The position numbers and the translations under genes were made by a program. Below, piece by piece: positions 12,331 to 27,310 of a DNA stretch of 64,000 nt (positions within the stretch are counted from its first letter, which is position 1; each line of letters opens with the position of its first letter). The notes beneath the pieces were generated by a model, which saw nothing but the letters and a program-made list of their open reading frames with translations, was not told the DNA's origin and did no database searches. Source of the stretch: Octopus sinensis (lineage: Eukaryota); assembly GCF_006345805.1 (NCBI RefSeq), contig NC_042997.1:18786001-18850000 (forward strand), given 5' to 3'.

Positions 12331-12939
12331 ATGCATAAATACACACATATTTTCATGGATATTTTCTTTATATGGGTATATTCGTAATATTGGAACACAT
12401 ATATTCTAAAAATAAAAATTTGAGAGATTCACTGTAGTTCTATCGAGTATTTAGTTTTTAATCAGAACTCATGCATCTTCCACATATGAATGTTGAATAA
12501 ATATCAATTTTTTATTGATTTACTATTATTTTAGTTTCAAAAGTAGTGTAAAAAAAGAAAATGTAAAAGCAACTAGGCAGTGATGAATATGTATGTTTAT
12601 ATAAACATCTATCTATCTGTCTGTCTGCATGTCTTTATGTCTGTCTTTATGTCTGTATGTATGTATGTATATAATGCATATTATATATATATATATATTG
12701 CATACATAAACGCAAACACTCACATACATATATGTATGCTCTGGCACTTGTTACCATCATTTTTACCTCTCTTCCAACTACTCTTGTCCACCCACATATA
12801 ATGTGGTGGTAGCCATGTTTCTCTTCTATAACAGGACACCTGTGCTATTCTCTCTATCATGCTTCAGCCTTCAATAGTGGCATAAAGTCACTTTCTCCTC
12901 TTTAAATATACTTCCACTTAATCAAGGGGGCTTTTTTTC

Positions 12940-13178
12940 TAATTTTGGCTTTGTTTCATTGTCTTGGCAGTTACTTGGAGATCTTACAAGTACTAGTAGC
13001 ACAAAGATGCACCCAGTACACTCTGTAAAGTGGTTGGTGTTAAGAAGGTATCAAGCCGTAGAAATTGTTCTGAAGCTGACATTAGGGCCTGATGTGGCTC
13101 TGCAGCTCATTAGATCTTGTTGAGCCATTCAACACCTGCCAGCATGGAAAACAGAAATTAAATGATGATGATGATGAT
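12940..13178 (+). mobile_element. Degenerate RTE 3' tail
   Basis: Ends in gccagcatggaaaacagaaattaaatgatgatg, like the other RTE tails. Confidence 0.6.
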
Positions 13179-14710
13179 AACATATAGGTGCAGGCGAGGG
13201 TACATTGTTGAGAAGTTTGCTTTCCAGCTTCAATGTTTCAGATTCTTCCCCCTGCACAGCAACTTGTTTAAAGTGTCTTCTTGTATAGCACTGGTCCTAC
13301 AGTGTTCTTGTGAGCGAATTTGATGGTGGAACCTGAAAGAAGTCCATCATAAATATGAATATGTGTATATGTATGCATATGTATGTATGACTGTTTGTTG
13401 CATTTGGACTCTATATTAAACGAGTGCTACAAATGTGTGGTCGTCACTTCTGGCAACAAATCATCTGCTCACTTTATGCCTTTGATTCTGAATGAAATAA
13501 TGGATCACTTATTAGAAAAATAGGTAAGAATTAGTGACAAGAAGAGTATCAGTTATTGTAAAACAAAGCCTTGATAATATATTCATCTAACCCATGCTAG
13601 TATGAAAAATGGGCATAAAATGTGCAAATATACATTCCATCTGTATGTTTATGCATACACAAGAATCTTGTCTATATTGTTATTCTTAAGATTAATATTT
13701 TTTGCTTATTTCATACAAAGATATATCATAGTCCTAAATGATTTTCAATTAATTGTTGAGTACTGACTGAGAACAAATGCCTTTATTAAATGAACTGATA
13801 TGTGCTTTGTGGGATTCATGATTGTTTGGGGGACAGACATAGACACAAAAACAGACACACATAGATGCATACATACATACATACATACAAACTTACATAC
13901 ATACATACATACAAAGTTACATACATACATACATACATACAAACTTACATACATAGAAATAGACCATACAGAGTAGGGACAAAGATTGTGGTCATTAAAA
14001 AATTCGAGTAAGTATATATATATATACAATGAGTTTCTTTCAGTTTCTGTCAACCAAAGCTTTGGTTAGCCCAGGGCTATAGTAGAAGTATGGATGTATA
14101 GTGGTGTAGATTAGTGGAGGTATGAGGTATTGGTTTGGGTATATGGTTGTGAGGGTGAATGTGTGCAAGAGAATATAGATATTGGTGAAGTAAATGGGTT
14201 ACCAGGAGCAATGTGGAAGCTGTAATTAATGTATGTGCGAGTGTATGGCAAAATTACATGTGTGTGAAGCATTTTTTGGTGAAGAGGTGTGTTTAAACTA
14301 AAATATGACGAGACAGGAAAAGAGAAAAATATAAAAATTCTGAGACGAAAGAAATTGGTAAAATGTATCAAGTTTGGTACAACACCCTCACCTTCACACA
14401 CATCTATTCCACTCTACTTGCATATGAGTACACATCTGTATGCATATACTCCACTATATTACAATTATCACTTCCCCTTAAGCCCACTTTTAGACATGCA
14501 TACACCCCTACACACTTCGCTCTCCATCCCTTCTTCACAACATTCCCACCTGATTTCTAACCTTTTCTCTAGTTTTGTTCTGTTTTTCCCTTTCCATAAA
14601 AGCTAAATCTTCCTTTATGTTGCCCCTTTCTGATGTGCTGTTTATTGTATTTACACTATAAGTGTGTATGTATATGTATATATGCATATGCATATATATT
14701 TTTATATATG

Positions 14711-14744
<34 letters not shown>

Positions 14745-14777
14745 TATATATATATATAGTACATATATATATATATA

Positions 14778-14808
<31 letters not shown>

Positions 14809-14809
<1 letters not shown>

Positions 14810-14990
14810 GTTGGAATTTACAAAAAAAAACAAACAAATCAAAAGACGAAGACGGGTGAGTAAACAACAGACAGATGTATTAGTTTAACGCTCAGGATGT
14901 GAGGAAGTCTTTTACATTTCGAGCTTATGCTCTTCAACAGAAAGGAACACAGAAATAAACAGAAAGAGAAAATAAAATAAAATAAAATAA
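14809..14990 (-). mobile_element. Short TA-flanked non-autonomous element with a hammerhead-like variant core
   Basis: Minus strand has ctgttgaa-gagc-ataa-gctc-gaaa-tgta; the downstream part (cctgagcgt...aatac) resembles 50620-50818; flanked by (TA)n. Confidence 0.5.
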
Positions 14991-17045
14991 ATTAAAATAT
15001 GTATACGTACATGTATACATGTATGTGTATATGTGCCTATGTATGAACACATGCTATGTCAGCCTTGCTCCTCAGTCAACAGCTGATGAAAATATATGGT
15101 GACCTTGTTTATATCGTTCTATGTGTTTTAGCTGTTGGCCATGCTTAATTTTTCTTTCATTTCATGTTTCCAAGACTGAGTGATTTCTCCTGCTATATGA
15201 CAATTGCTCCTGTAATAATAAATGGTGCACTTTACAAAACACCCAGTTAGCTGAAATATATTGGAATTTCCACACACATTGTTGACATTCAGACAAAGGC
15301 CATCCTGAAGATGATGATGGTGGTGATGAAGATGATGTCAATGACAAGGATGTTGCCAAAAAACACGACAATGAAAATGATGATGATGGTGATTTTTATT
15401 TTCCCAAGGAAGATGAAAATGATATGAAAATATAGGGTAAAAATATTGGGTTGTTTTTGGTTTACAATTTAATTTTGTATCTATAGATAGTCTTTATTCT
15501 AAAAATACTTTACAATGTTTTTCTATATCTCTGTTCAGTTGCTAGACAGACATTCTTCTGCTGTGCCAGAGGACCAGAATATGAAATAGTTTCTGATTTA
15601 TTCACTTCTAGTTTATAGGAGACATACTGTGTCTTACTACCCTACTTTTAATTCCTAGTTCAAAGAAATTATAAGCAAAAGTTCTCTGTACTGTCAACAA
15701 TATCTTGTTATTGTTTCATGTATTGAAACTTGTTGAAGCTAATCTTAATAATTTGCTTAAGTTTCAAAAGTAAGTTATTCACTTTTTCCCTCATTGATTG
15801 ATGTTCATTTTTTTTGCTTTTTCCTTTTTGCTCAAAGCTTCCCTACAACAGTCTCAACAATTTTTTTTTTTAGAAATAACAACAAAATAGAGAAATAAAT
15901 AAAAGAAATATATCCAGACATTTCCATTGATATATTGATTGTGCTTGAGAAAGAAATTGAAGAAAAATAAACAAAGACAAAATTAAATAAAAAGTAATGT
16001 AATTATGCATACTTATTTCTAGGTTACCATATTTAGCTTCAAGAGAATTGTGGAGAAAAGTTGTGCATAAGTAGACATTAACACAAAATAGTGTTTAGGG
16101 TATATTTACATCTAAATTTGTACATTTTGTAGCTTAAGGTATAAGTTGTTAAAAATTCAGTAATACTTATAAAGATAAGTATGTTTAAAGTTAGATAAGT
16201 ACATTTAAAAAAAGAACATTTCCATAAACTGTTTTCCAATAGATGCGTGTTTTTCTTATAACTAATGACCACTGATAGCTTGAGAATCATAATAAAATAA
16301 ACTGCTATGTGTTTATAACAATATTTTCTTTTAGATTAATAAGAAAATGAATGTATACTCACATAAAAAAAATACATATATGAAACAAGTTTTATGGTGT
16401 TACATTTTCAGGTTTATTTTCAAATTTAAATATTAGTTCATTTGAAGTAAAAAGGAAATAAAAAAGTTTCTGATATTTTACAATATTTTTTTGACTAAAA
16501 TGGAAATTTTTATTGAAAAATGAATAATATGCTACAATTTAAAGTAAATAGAGAAATTTGTCAACAGGCAAAATAACAAAAATGTGTGACAAGCAAATAT
16601 TCTTATTCTTTAATTTTCTTTTCCTTTCTTTCAATCAGTTGACTATGGCGATGCTGGAACATTACTTTGGAGGGCTTTAGTTGATCATATTGATTGAATA
16701 TTTATTATGTCTGATATATATCATATCAAACTTCATTTTTTGATCTGTTAAGTTATATATCGGCAATGTTTGTGAATGTAAGGTGGCAGGTGCACAGACA
16801 CATATGCAAACACAAACATGTAAGCACCCAACACTTGCAAACACACACACACACACATATATGACAAGATTCCACACAGTTTCCATCTGTATTTCACTTC
16901 ACAAGACATTAGTGAACCCAAGTTTATATTAGAGATACTTGCTTAAGATGTGAAGGTGTAAACCAAGCCTGAAGCCACATTTTTGCTAAGCAAACTTCTT
17001 AATAACAAACCAATGCCCAAACATAATAGCTAAAATTACTTTAGT

Positions 17046-17457
17046 AGGTACAGGAGTGGCTTTGTGGTAAGTAGCTTGCTTACCAACCATATGGTTCCAG
17101 GTTCAGTCCCACTGCATGGCACCTTGGGCAAGTGTCTTCTACTATAGCCTCGGGCCGACCAAAGCCTTTTGAGTGGATTTGGTAGGCGGAAACTGAAAGA
17201 AGCCTATCATGTATATGTATATATGTGTGTGTGTATGTTTGCGTGTCTGTGTTTGTCCCCCCAACATTGCTTGACAACCGATGGTGGTGTGCTTACATCC
17301 CCGTAACTTAGCGGTTCAGGGAAAGTGACAGATAGAATAAGTACTAGTCTGACAAAGAATACATCCTGGGATCTATAAGCTTGACTAAAGGTGGTGCTCC
17401 AGCATGGGTGCAGTCAAATGACTGAAACAAGTAAAAGAGTGTAAAAGAGTAAAAGAG
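17046..17457 (+). mobile_element. SINE family A, full length
   Basis: Matches 2595-2986 along its length. Confidence 0.9.
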
Positions 17458-17868
17458 CTATATTTTATACCTCAGTCAAAAAGAATGCTCTTCTCCGTGG
17501 CATTGGCAGCCTCCTCAAAAAAGATCAGATTAATGCAGAATATTTTCACTTTATACATTTATAATCGGTATCTGCAGGAAAATATGGTCAGTGAGGGATT
17601 AAGCTTTTGAAGAAAAATATGTCTTTCTCTTTGCTTCATGTTAGATAGATAAGCAGATAATTATCATGAAAAGCATCCAGCTTTCAAACTCTTTTAGTAA
17701 GTTTTTTCAAAATGCCTTAATTTACAACATATGATATGGAGCAATAGCAATAATATCAACATTCTATTTTCTTCATGCTATCTAAACAACTAAATTATTG
17801 TCATGAAAAGCATTTAAAAGTACAGCTGTCACTCAGAAGCAATTATGACTAGGTAACATATATTGTAA

Positions 17869-18183
17869 GTGGAGGCATAATGGCCCAGTGGTTAGGACAG
17901 CGAACTCTCGGTCGGAGGATCGTGGTTTCGATTCCCAGACCGGGTGTTGTGTGTGTTTATTGAGCAAAAACACCTAAAAGCTCCACGAGGCTCTGGCAGA
18001 GGGTGGTGGTGACCCCTGTTGTACTCTTTCGCCACAACTTTCTCTCACTCTCTCTTCCTGTTTCTTGAGTAACACTGCGATGGACTGGCGTCCTGTCCAG
18101 CTGGAGGGAACACATATGCCATAGAAACCAGGAAACCGGGCCCATGAGCCTGGCTAGGCTTGAAAAAGGCGACAAAAAAAAAA
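17869..18183 (+). mobile_element. tRNA-derived SINE (family B)
   Basis: A box tggcccagtggttagg, B-box-like gtttcgattcc, then gcgatggactggcgtcctgtccag...gaaaccgggccc and an A tail. Confidence 0.85.
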
Positions 18184-18622
18184 ACATATACTGTAAGTTC
18201 ACTAATTTTTTAGGTACCCATACAGTTACAAGCAGACACAAACACCCAATGGATCCTGCTATGCTTGACCCCGTGGAATATTCAGGCTGTGACAGCTTGA
18301 AAGCACTGAGCTGGTACCTTCTATTTATTACACAAGAATTAAAGAAACTGAAGTGGAACATTGTGGGGATTTTAATTCATCCAGAATAAACATGCTTTTT
18401 GATTGATGCTCTAACAACTTGTCCAATATATCGTACTCAAGCTTTAAAAATTTTCATCTGAAATATTTTGAGATGTCTGAATTTGTAGTCTGTTGTATCT
18501 TATATTAGCATGAAAAAATAAACATAAGTTGATAAAGATACTGTAAATGCCTTCTGAGAACAAGCACAGGCTTGTTCTAATCAAATATGATATATATATA
18601 TGTCTGTGTCCATATATATATG

Positions 18623-18667
<45 letters not shown>

Positions 18668-18708
18668 GATGAGTGTTAAAATATCTTATTGACGAGTTTC
18701 ATTTCTTC

Positions 18709-18796
18709 ACTTCCCTGAAGAGAAGATTACATTATTTTACACCATTTATTCCTTTTGAATAATGTCAGTGAAATCTTCGAAACATGTGTTGGAAGT
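18709..18796 (+). ncRNA. Type I hammerhead ribozyme motif (cleavage triplet GUU)
   Basis: acttcc-CTGAAGA-gaagatt...aatcttc-GAAAC-atgt-GTT-ggaagt: stem I 6 bp, stem II 7 bp plus acattatt/aataatgt extension, 2-bp stem III. Confidence 0.75.
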
Positions 18797-18834
18797 AAAA
18801 GTATTTGAATTATACCTGTGTTAAACTCCATTTA

Positions 18835-18956
<122 letters not shown>

Positions 18957-21403
18957 TTATATATATATATATATATACATATACACACATACACACACAT
19001 ATATTATTGGCTAGCTGGAGGGACAGAGAGATGGATGGACGAAAGGGTATTGAATGCATGGGATGTGCAAGGCTGATCTTAGGTTACAGAACTTTACAAA
19101 AGGGTAGCAAAGGATTGTAATAACCAATGTGGTACTGTACTGAAGAAGAAATGTCCAACTCTTGCCAACACGGAAAATGATTGTAAACTGACGAACACAT
19201 AAGTATGTATGTATGTATGTATGTGTGTATGTATGTATGTATGGGTGTGTGTGTATGTTATATTTGTATGTGTATGTACGTATTCATGTATGTACATACA
19301 TACATATATATATATGTGTGTGTATGTATATATGTATGTATGTATGCGTGTATGCTTATGTATGTATTCACACGTGCACACATATTTATGCAGAGAGAGA
19401 GAAAGAGATACAGAGTGTATACAGGCTTGAAGGTGACTGTATAATTAAAAATAATATTCTAAACATATAATTACTTACACGTGTACATGAATATGTTCTT
19501 ATTGATGTCTTTGTATGTGTGTATGCACATGTATATGTATGTCTGCATCTTCCATTCTCTTAGGCAAATCTTATTCAGGCTTAACTGATTTAATTTTATG
19601 TAAGCTCATGAAATAATATTTTTACTTTCATTTACATATGCAATTTTCAGCTTTTTAATTAAATTGCTTTCGAGTGGCAATATTATTTATTTAAATATAT
19701 ATAAATGACATATATCACATGAGTGGCTTTTAAAGTTATTTTTAGTGAGCAAAATAAGTGGCTTTATAATAAGAGCAGAGAAAATTTTTACAACACACAC
19801 ATCCATATAAGTATGTGTGTGTGTATGTATGTATGTATATGTATGTGTGTGTGTGTGTGTGTATGTGTGTCTGTGTGTGTTTGTGTGTGTGTGTATAACT
19901 ATATATTCCCCTTTTTGGTTTAGCAATCATTATCACCCTCCTCCTCCTCCTCCTCATCATCATCATCATCATCATCATCATTTTCATCATCTAACATTTG
20001 TCTTCTAAGCTGATATGATGTATATATGGGTTGCCATGATGAAAGTCATTTCTTATTGGGTGCCAATGTTCTTAGACTGGTACTTGAACATGTTATTTGG
20101 GGTGAATGATCTTCCTTTCATGACCATCTTTACAATGTACAATGGGTGCATTTTTCTTTGCTGCATACACTACACATCATTATCTAGTTAATGATTCTCT
20201 ACATATTCTCTCAATCTATTTGAAATAACAGTCAAATCACCTTTTTAAAAAAGAAACATGTTCAGGAATTTAGTTTGAAGTATTCTGCGCCTGGCAAGGA
20301 GAAAGAAAAAACAGGATGTTCAAGGCTGGAATGTTTTTGATCAAAAGACATCTCAGTGGTAGATGGCCTGAGGCTTAACAAAACATGGTAGTTATTTTAT
20401 GAAATTAAAAAAATCATACTGAACTTGTTCTCAGGATGTAGCAGAATGGAATTAAATCCTGTGAAACATTGATGTCTCTAGTAGCCCAGTGCTCTTCATA
20501 AGTTCATCTAAGAACTTGTACTTCCTCTATTTCATTATCTATTTAACTATGTCAAACATTGGTTCTGTTCTCCTATTTCTTGTCAAAGGTTGGCACTTTA
20601 CAAAAAAATTATTGATTTCTTCTTTCTTATTGAGACATATACAAAATAGAATAAGAAATGCCATGTCTGGTATAACTTCTATTTTCATGACTGTAAATAT
20701 AATATCTATATATTTGATAAAGTTGTTTATTAAACTTGCCTTTTTCTTTCATTGCACACTGAGAAGTGAATTCTTAAATAAATAATTTTGTGGTTTCTTT
20801 AATTAATTATTTTAGTATTGATCTAATAACAAATCTTATTTAGCTTCGTTTTGTTTTTAATTTTGTCTGACAGTTGTTACTTTTCTTCTCAAAGTATTTC
20901 TACTACATGGAAGTTGATTTTTTTTTAATTCGTATTTCTTAATCTTGTTTCAACTTCAGCAACCATTTTATTCCAAGCCATACTTCAGTGATATTGTTTC
21001 TATTTCCTTCAGGAAATCATCTCCCTTACTTTCCTGGTAATCCAAATTTCTTTTTCTATCCTTTTCATTGTGTCCTAATTAATTTATGTATCTATTTATC
21101 TGTATTATTTATATTTAGTAGTTAATTTTAGAAAGACTGTACATTTTTTCAACAAAGTTCAAGTATTATCTATTTATCTTCTTTAAGGTTTCTTTTATTT
21201 CAAATGTCTTCTCTATATCAAGCTTCTCTGTAGGTTTTATATTTAATATCAGTTCATTTCTTTTTTCTCAAGTAATTCAACAAGTTGACCTCTTTCTACT
21301 GTCAGAGAAACTGCATGACTTACTGTTTGTCATTTGCTGTTCAGTATTTATCTTGATTCCAAGAGCTGAAAACAATTGTGCCCTACTTCAATCATTACTG
21401 AAG

Positions 21404-21450
<47 letters not shown>

Positions 21451-22558
21451 CGTGTGATTTGATTTGTTTCTGCAATAGCTTTGACTGACTGTTGTAGTTG
21501 ATACACTTTTCTTAGTAAATCTACTTAACGTTGTCAATATTGTAGGAAATTTCTTCAAGTTTGTTTCTTTTATTTTCAATGATTCAAGAGATCAATATAA
21601 TTTCATTTTCTTTTTATTTTCCTACAATATTTTAATTTTTAATTTTCTCTTACTTTATTTTCAGCAACTATAGGTATTTGGGTTCCTTTCTCTCTGTGAT
21701 AATTTGTTGGATAGTTTTGAATTTAATTCAATTGATTTATATCTAAGTATTTCTATGTAGTTCTTTATATTATTTAAACTGAAAGCAAAAATAAGCAACA
21801 TCTCAGACCAGAAGTCGTATTTTCTGCTTTGATTTCTTGTATTTGATTTGATAAACTTTACTCAAAATAAAAAGTGTTTTTTTCTCTGTATTAAATAACT
21901 GTATTATTTTTAACTTTTGCTAATTTCTTTTTCATGCAATCACTCCAGGTCTGTTGTGAGGCCTATTGTAAGCATTTACACATGACATTTGGATTGCTTA
22001 TTTCTTTAAGACAGAATTTTTTTTTTACCATAATTTAATTTATATTCAGAATTAGTATCTACTTTACAATTCTGTAAAGAAAACCAAAGCAGTATGCCGT
22101 TATCACAAATATAGTTAAACATATTTAACCAGATATGAAATCAAGACTTGCTAGTGTAAATGAGCACTGCCACAATTCAATCCCTGAGGATTCTAAATTG
22201 ATCTCCCATTGAGAGAAATCATTTTCCAGTTCACAGTTATGATTTCAATAACATTCATATGTTTGTATATCCATTAAGTAAAATATTATGATATATGATG
22301 ACTCCAGTACATGAAAGAAAACATATCAAAACATTTCAAAGTACATTTGAATAATCATAAAAAATTCCTTCTTAATACAAATGTATGCATGCCTCTGCCA
22401 TGTTGGGAATAGATGCAACTTTATTTATGAAGTTCTATCAATCTGTCTATCTGTCTATCTATCTATCTGTCTGTCTGTCTGTCTGTCTGCGCTGCCTGTT
22501 TGTCTGTCTGTCTGTCTGCCTGCCTGCCTGTTTGTCTGTCTGTCTGTCTGCCTGTCTG

Positions 22559-22611
<53 letters not shown>

Positions 22612-22895
22612 GCATTCATCCATCCTTCCATCATCTATCAATCCATCCATTCATCCCTCTTACACACTCTCTCACTCTCTCTGTTTCTACACACACACAC
22701 ACACAACGTGCACGCACATTATTTAGATATATGGATATTTACATTTTTCTCTGTATATTGATGATTACTATAAATAAGGTAAATCAAAATTAAAATGGAT
22801 CAGAATATTTTTGTTTCATTGATGATAATTCTATAATCATCAAAATGTAATTTTATATATCAATGATTACAGAAGCTTTATTTTGTTTTCAAGTG

Positions 22896-22985
<90 letters not shown>
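22896..22985. repeat. (GA)n microsatellite
   Basis: Directly visible. Confidence 0.95.
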
Positions 22986-22988
<3 letters not shown>

Positions 22989-23099
22989 TAATATCAGAAA
23001 CATTATCAAGAATACAGAAATAAATATCTAGAAATAAATCAACACGTACTCAGAGAAAATGAATGCACTGAAACAAAATACGAGTATGCATATATATAT

Positions 23100-23159
<60 letters not shown>

Positions 23160-23197
23160 CATACATATATATATATATATAATATATATATATATAT

Positions 23198-23246
<49 letters not shown>

Positions 23247-24094
23247 GATATATATATGTATATATATATATGCATATAACATCTACGCATTTATTGCAGA
23301 AATATAAGTATTTATGTGAATGCATACATTATCTGATTTAATAGCCTAGACAATAAAACCTTATGCAAAGTTTAAAGAATCAGAGAAAACACCAGAAAAT
23401 TGCTGCCTTGTGAAAACTGCATCTTTCAAATGTATGATTCCTTAAAGAAATTAGTGCAAACCAACAAATCTTGCACAAGAATGAATTGAACATTGTGTCT
23501 GTAAGGAAATATTTGTAGGCTATGGTGAAGAAATGTAGACTTGATAAAGCATTTCTCATGGTTAGTAAAGAAAAGAAAATCATCATAATATATGTGTGTG
23601 TGTAGTAGGATGGTGAGAGGGGGTGTCACAGAGAGACAAGGGATTCTATGCTAAGAGAAGTTAAGCTTCTTGTCAGCTTTTCACTTTTTCTTCATTTTTC
23701 AATTCTGTCATCTTTCATTCTTATCTTTTGGTTTCCCCGTTGCTAATTGCTAATTTCTCAATTATCACTTCCTTCTACCTGTTCATTCTTCCTGTTCTTC
23801 ATTCCTCCCAACTTAGCTTAACATCTCTTAGCATAGCATCCCGTTTCTCTCTGACACCCTCTCTCACCATCCTACTAACAGCATTACCCTGTTGTCTCTC
23901 TGTACTAGACTACAACTATGATGCCTGAGATACACCAATACTTTATTACATTCTAAGACTGATGAAAATAAATATTTGCTAGGTGTGAAAAGGATATAAA
24001 ATGATATATATATATATGAATGCCTATAATCAATTAATGTAATATTCCTTATTTATTATTTATTGTAGTCTATGGTCAGTTAATATTTAAGATA

Positions 24095-24499
24095 CTCTTT
24101 TATTTTTTTACTTGTTTCAGTCACTTGACTGCGGCCATGCTGGAGCACTGCCTTTAGTCGAGAAAATCGACCCCAGGACTAATTCTTTGTAAGCCTAGTA
24201 CTTATTCTATCAGTCACTTTTAGCCAAACCGCTAAGTTACGGAGACGTAAACACACCAGCATCGGTTGTCAAGCGATGTTGGCGGGGGGACAAACACAGA
24301 CATACAAACATACACACACACACGCACATATATATGACAGGCTTCTTTCAGTTTCCATCTACCAAATCCACTCACAAGGCATTGGTCGGCCTGAGGCTCT
24401 AGTAGAAGACACCTGCCCAAGGTGCCACGCAGTGGGACTGAACCCAGAACCATGTGGTTTGTAAGCAAGCTACTTACCACACAGCCACTCTTGCACCTA
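24095..24499 (-). mobile_element. SINE family A, full length
   Basis: Reverse complement of the family A consensus. Confidence 0.9.
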
Positions 24500-24737
24500 G
24501 AGATAGTCAATATTATTTTATCATGTTGCTTTTGGATCCCAAATCACTCATAATCATCCAGAAGCATAACTTTTCATCTCTTTTTTTCCCCCCAGAGCTG
24601 ATATTTCCAGGATTAGATTATTATCTTTTGGTATTTTCTTTTTCTAAAATGGTTAGTCATGATTTGAGAGAAACTTAGCTGATACTTTTAGTAAGTTAAT
24701 CATTTATGTACATTTCTAGTTGCTTTATACTACTACA

Positions 24738-24997
24738 GTGGAGGCGCATGGCTTAGTGGTTAGGGTGTCAGCATCATGATCGTAAGATTGCGGTTTTGAT
24801 TCCTGGACTGGGCGATGCATTATGTTCGTGAGCAAAACACTTCATTTCACGTTGCTCCAGTCCACTCAGCTGGCAAAAATGAGTAACGCTGTGATGGACT
24901 GGCGTTCTGTCCAGCTGGGGAACACTTACGCCATTGAAACCGGGAAACCGGGCCCGTGAGCCTAGCTAGGCTTTAAAAGTGCGCTTTTTTTTTTTAT
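24738..24997 (+). mobile_element. tRNA-derived SINE (family B variant with CORE-like segment)
   Basis: A box tggcttagtggttagg; CORE-like segment shared with 1628-1981; 3' part shared with 17869-18183. Confidence 0.8.
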
Positions 24998-25600
24998 ACT
25001 ACTACATCATGTTTGTCTAGAGAGTAAGTTTACATAATATCACTTAATTTTTGTGCTGAATAACTTGTCTGAGTTTAGGAGTCCATTATTATGTTCCATC
25101 ATAATACTCTCTATTACTTTCATTATTTGTTTTTTTATTAATATTTTATTCTGAAGAGGATGGACTTTGAGATTGGTTGATGTTCGTCCTAAAATTCTGC
25201 AAGTAGATGTCTGTAGAGAAAAATTGTGAAAAAGCCAACAAACAAATTTCTTCATGATTGCATACCCAGTTGGTTCACCTTTAATTCATGCATTGCCACC
25301 TAAAAACAGGAAAATGTATTGGATGCTGTAGTTCTAAATATGCAAAAAGATAGACTGCTCATGGCTGGAATGCCTTTAATTATAGGTGTGCTTGATTAGG
25401 GTTGACTTAATGTTAAACAAACACAACAACGAGAATGGGGATGAACCAGTAAGTAATTCTGTTTGCTAGGTTTAAAAAGCCATATCTTTCTTAAGTCACA
25501 GCTTAACATTGTGCAAGAAGCATTGGCTCATCTAGTCCTAAATACATTGTGCCATGGTCATGCTAGAAGACCTTTAATTTGAGCTAATCTGTATAAAACG

Positions 25601-25604
<4 letters not shown>

Positions 25605-25632
<28 letters not shown>

Positions 25633-25716
25633 AAGAAGAAGAAGAAGAAGAAGCTGATGGTGATGGTGATAATTGTGATGATGGTGATGATGATGATGAT
25701 GATGATTGTGATGATG

Positions 25717-25770
<54 letters not shown>

Positions 25771-25822
25771 GTGATGATGATGATGAGAGGAGGAGGAGGG
25801 GGATGAATGAAGGGAGGGAGGG
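25605..25822. repeat. Compound (GAA)n(GAT)n(GAG)n microsatellite
   Basis: Directly visible. Confidence 0.95.
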
Positions 25823-27105
25823 TAGTTAGCAGCTATTCAAAGCTGTAAATAGTTTCATACCCCTAAAAGAAAAACCAAAGTTTTACACATCTACTACTGT
25901 CAATCCATTGACATTTACTGTTCGTTATCGCCATTCCGTACATTGTAATTAGTTGGTTTTACTATTTTTGTTTTCTTGTCATAGTTGTTAAGAAGTTACC
26001 CATGTCCATCTGGTTAAAATGCTCATTTTGCAATCCTGTGGTTCTATATGTGATCTTATTGCATAGCACATTGAGAAAGAGCCTTGTACCTTAGACTCAA
26101 ATTGGCCAAATCCTTTTAGTACAGTTTTGCAGATGGAAGCATTGCAGTTAGACACTACATGTTTTTGGGTAATAAGCTTAATCTATGGCCCAATGATACA
26201 CCAACAGCTGACATTTGGATAAGATATACTTGAAGAATTCTGCTATCATTTGAGTGGATGCTAAGCCCTAGTTTATTTATTATTTAGTAATATCCTGGGT
26301 AAAATTCTAATTTATTACAGAGACTCTTTCCTTGCAAAAAAATCTGTTTATCAGTTTTATAAAATCGCCACATCTTATGGAAATAAAATATATAACCTTA
26401 TAGAATTTGCTTATACCTAAGTAACATGGCTTAAGAAGTTCAATATTATGACTATAACATTGAAACCATGCTGGTAGAATGATGCAAACTGACTATTCCT
26501 TGGTCGCAGTGGTATATCATGGTTATTGACACAATTTCTCTCCTGTGCTATCATGCTGAACATACTGTGCTAAAAAATAAACATGATATCGCCCTTGTTT
26601 TTAAGTGTTTATTAGTAGGTTTAAAAAGAAATTATGATCAGATTGTATCAGAATACTCCAAGAACTGGATCATAAAGAAAATCTGTTTCTATTTATATAT
26701 TTTCAATAAAATAATACATATAACTTAATGAACACAGGATGTGTGCTAGTGGAATGTTACTCATCCTTAACTCGTCATATTCCCATTATCCTGCCATGTA
26801 CCCAGTGCAGTCTCAGGAGAGAATAAGGTGTGGTGTGTGTAGAGCAATCTCAGAACAACTGTCACAGCAATTTATAATTAGAGACAGAAAAATTAGTTTC
26901 CCATTATGATCCATTATTATTTTATTGAGTTAGCTTAATGTTTATGATGAATTTTGTCTTTGGTAGGTGAACAGCACACATCTAGGATATTCAGAGAAGA
27001 TGTACTTGTTTGGTTGGTTGTATGGCACAATTTGAGTTGGTCATTCATGATATGCATAATGAGAATTTATGCCCAAATTTTTTTTTGTATTCCTGCTTTT
27101 AAGCA

Positions 27106-27310
27106 CATCATCATCATCATCGTTTAGCATGGGTTGGACGATTTTGACTGAGGGCTGGTGAACCAGATGGCTGCACCAGGCTCCAATCTTGATTTGGCAG
27201 AGTTTCTACAGCTGGATGCCCTTCCTAATGCACACCAATCTGAGAGTGTAGTGGGTGCATTTTACGTGCCACCAGCATGGGGGCTAGTGAGGCGGTACTG
27301 GCAACGAGCC
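27106..27310 (-). mobile_element. RTE 3' tail fragment
   Basis: (CAT)n followed by gcatgggttggacg...ttctacagctggatgcccttcctaatg. Confidence 0.8.

Noticed and set aside
17869-17945. tRNA gene
   Set aside because: The A/B boxes run directly into a SINE body and tail; this is a tRNA-derived head, and the same applies at 24738 and 1910-1981.
25151-25200. CTGAAGA hammerhead candidate
   Set aside because: No GAAA after the possible stem and no stem I; isolated CTGANGA hits near 5388, 15083, 23959 and 46285 fail in the same way.
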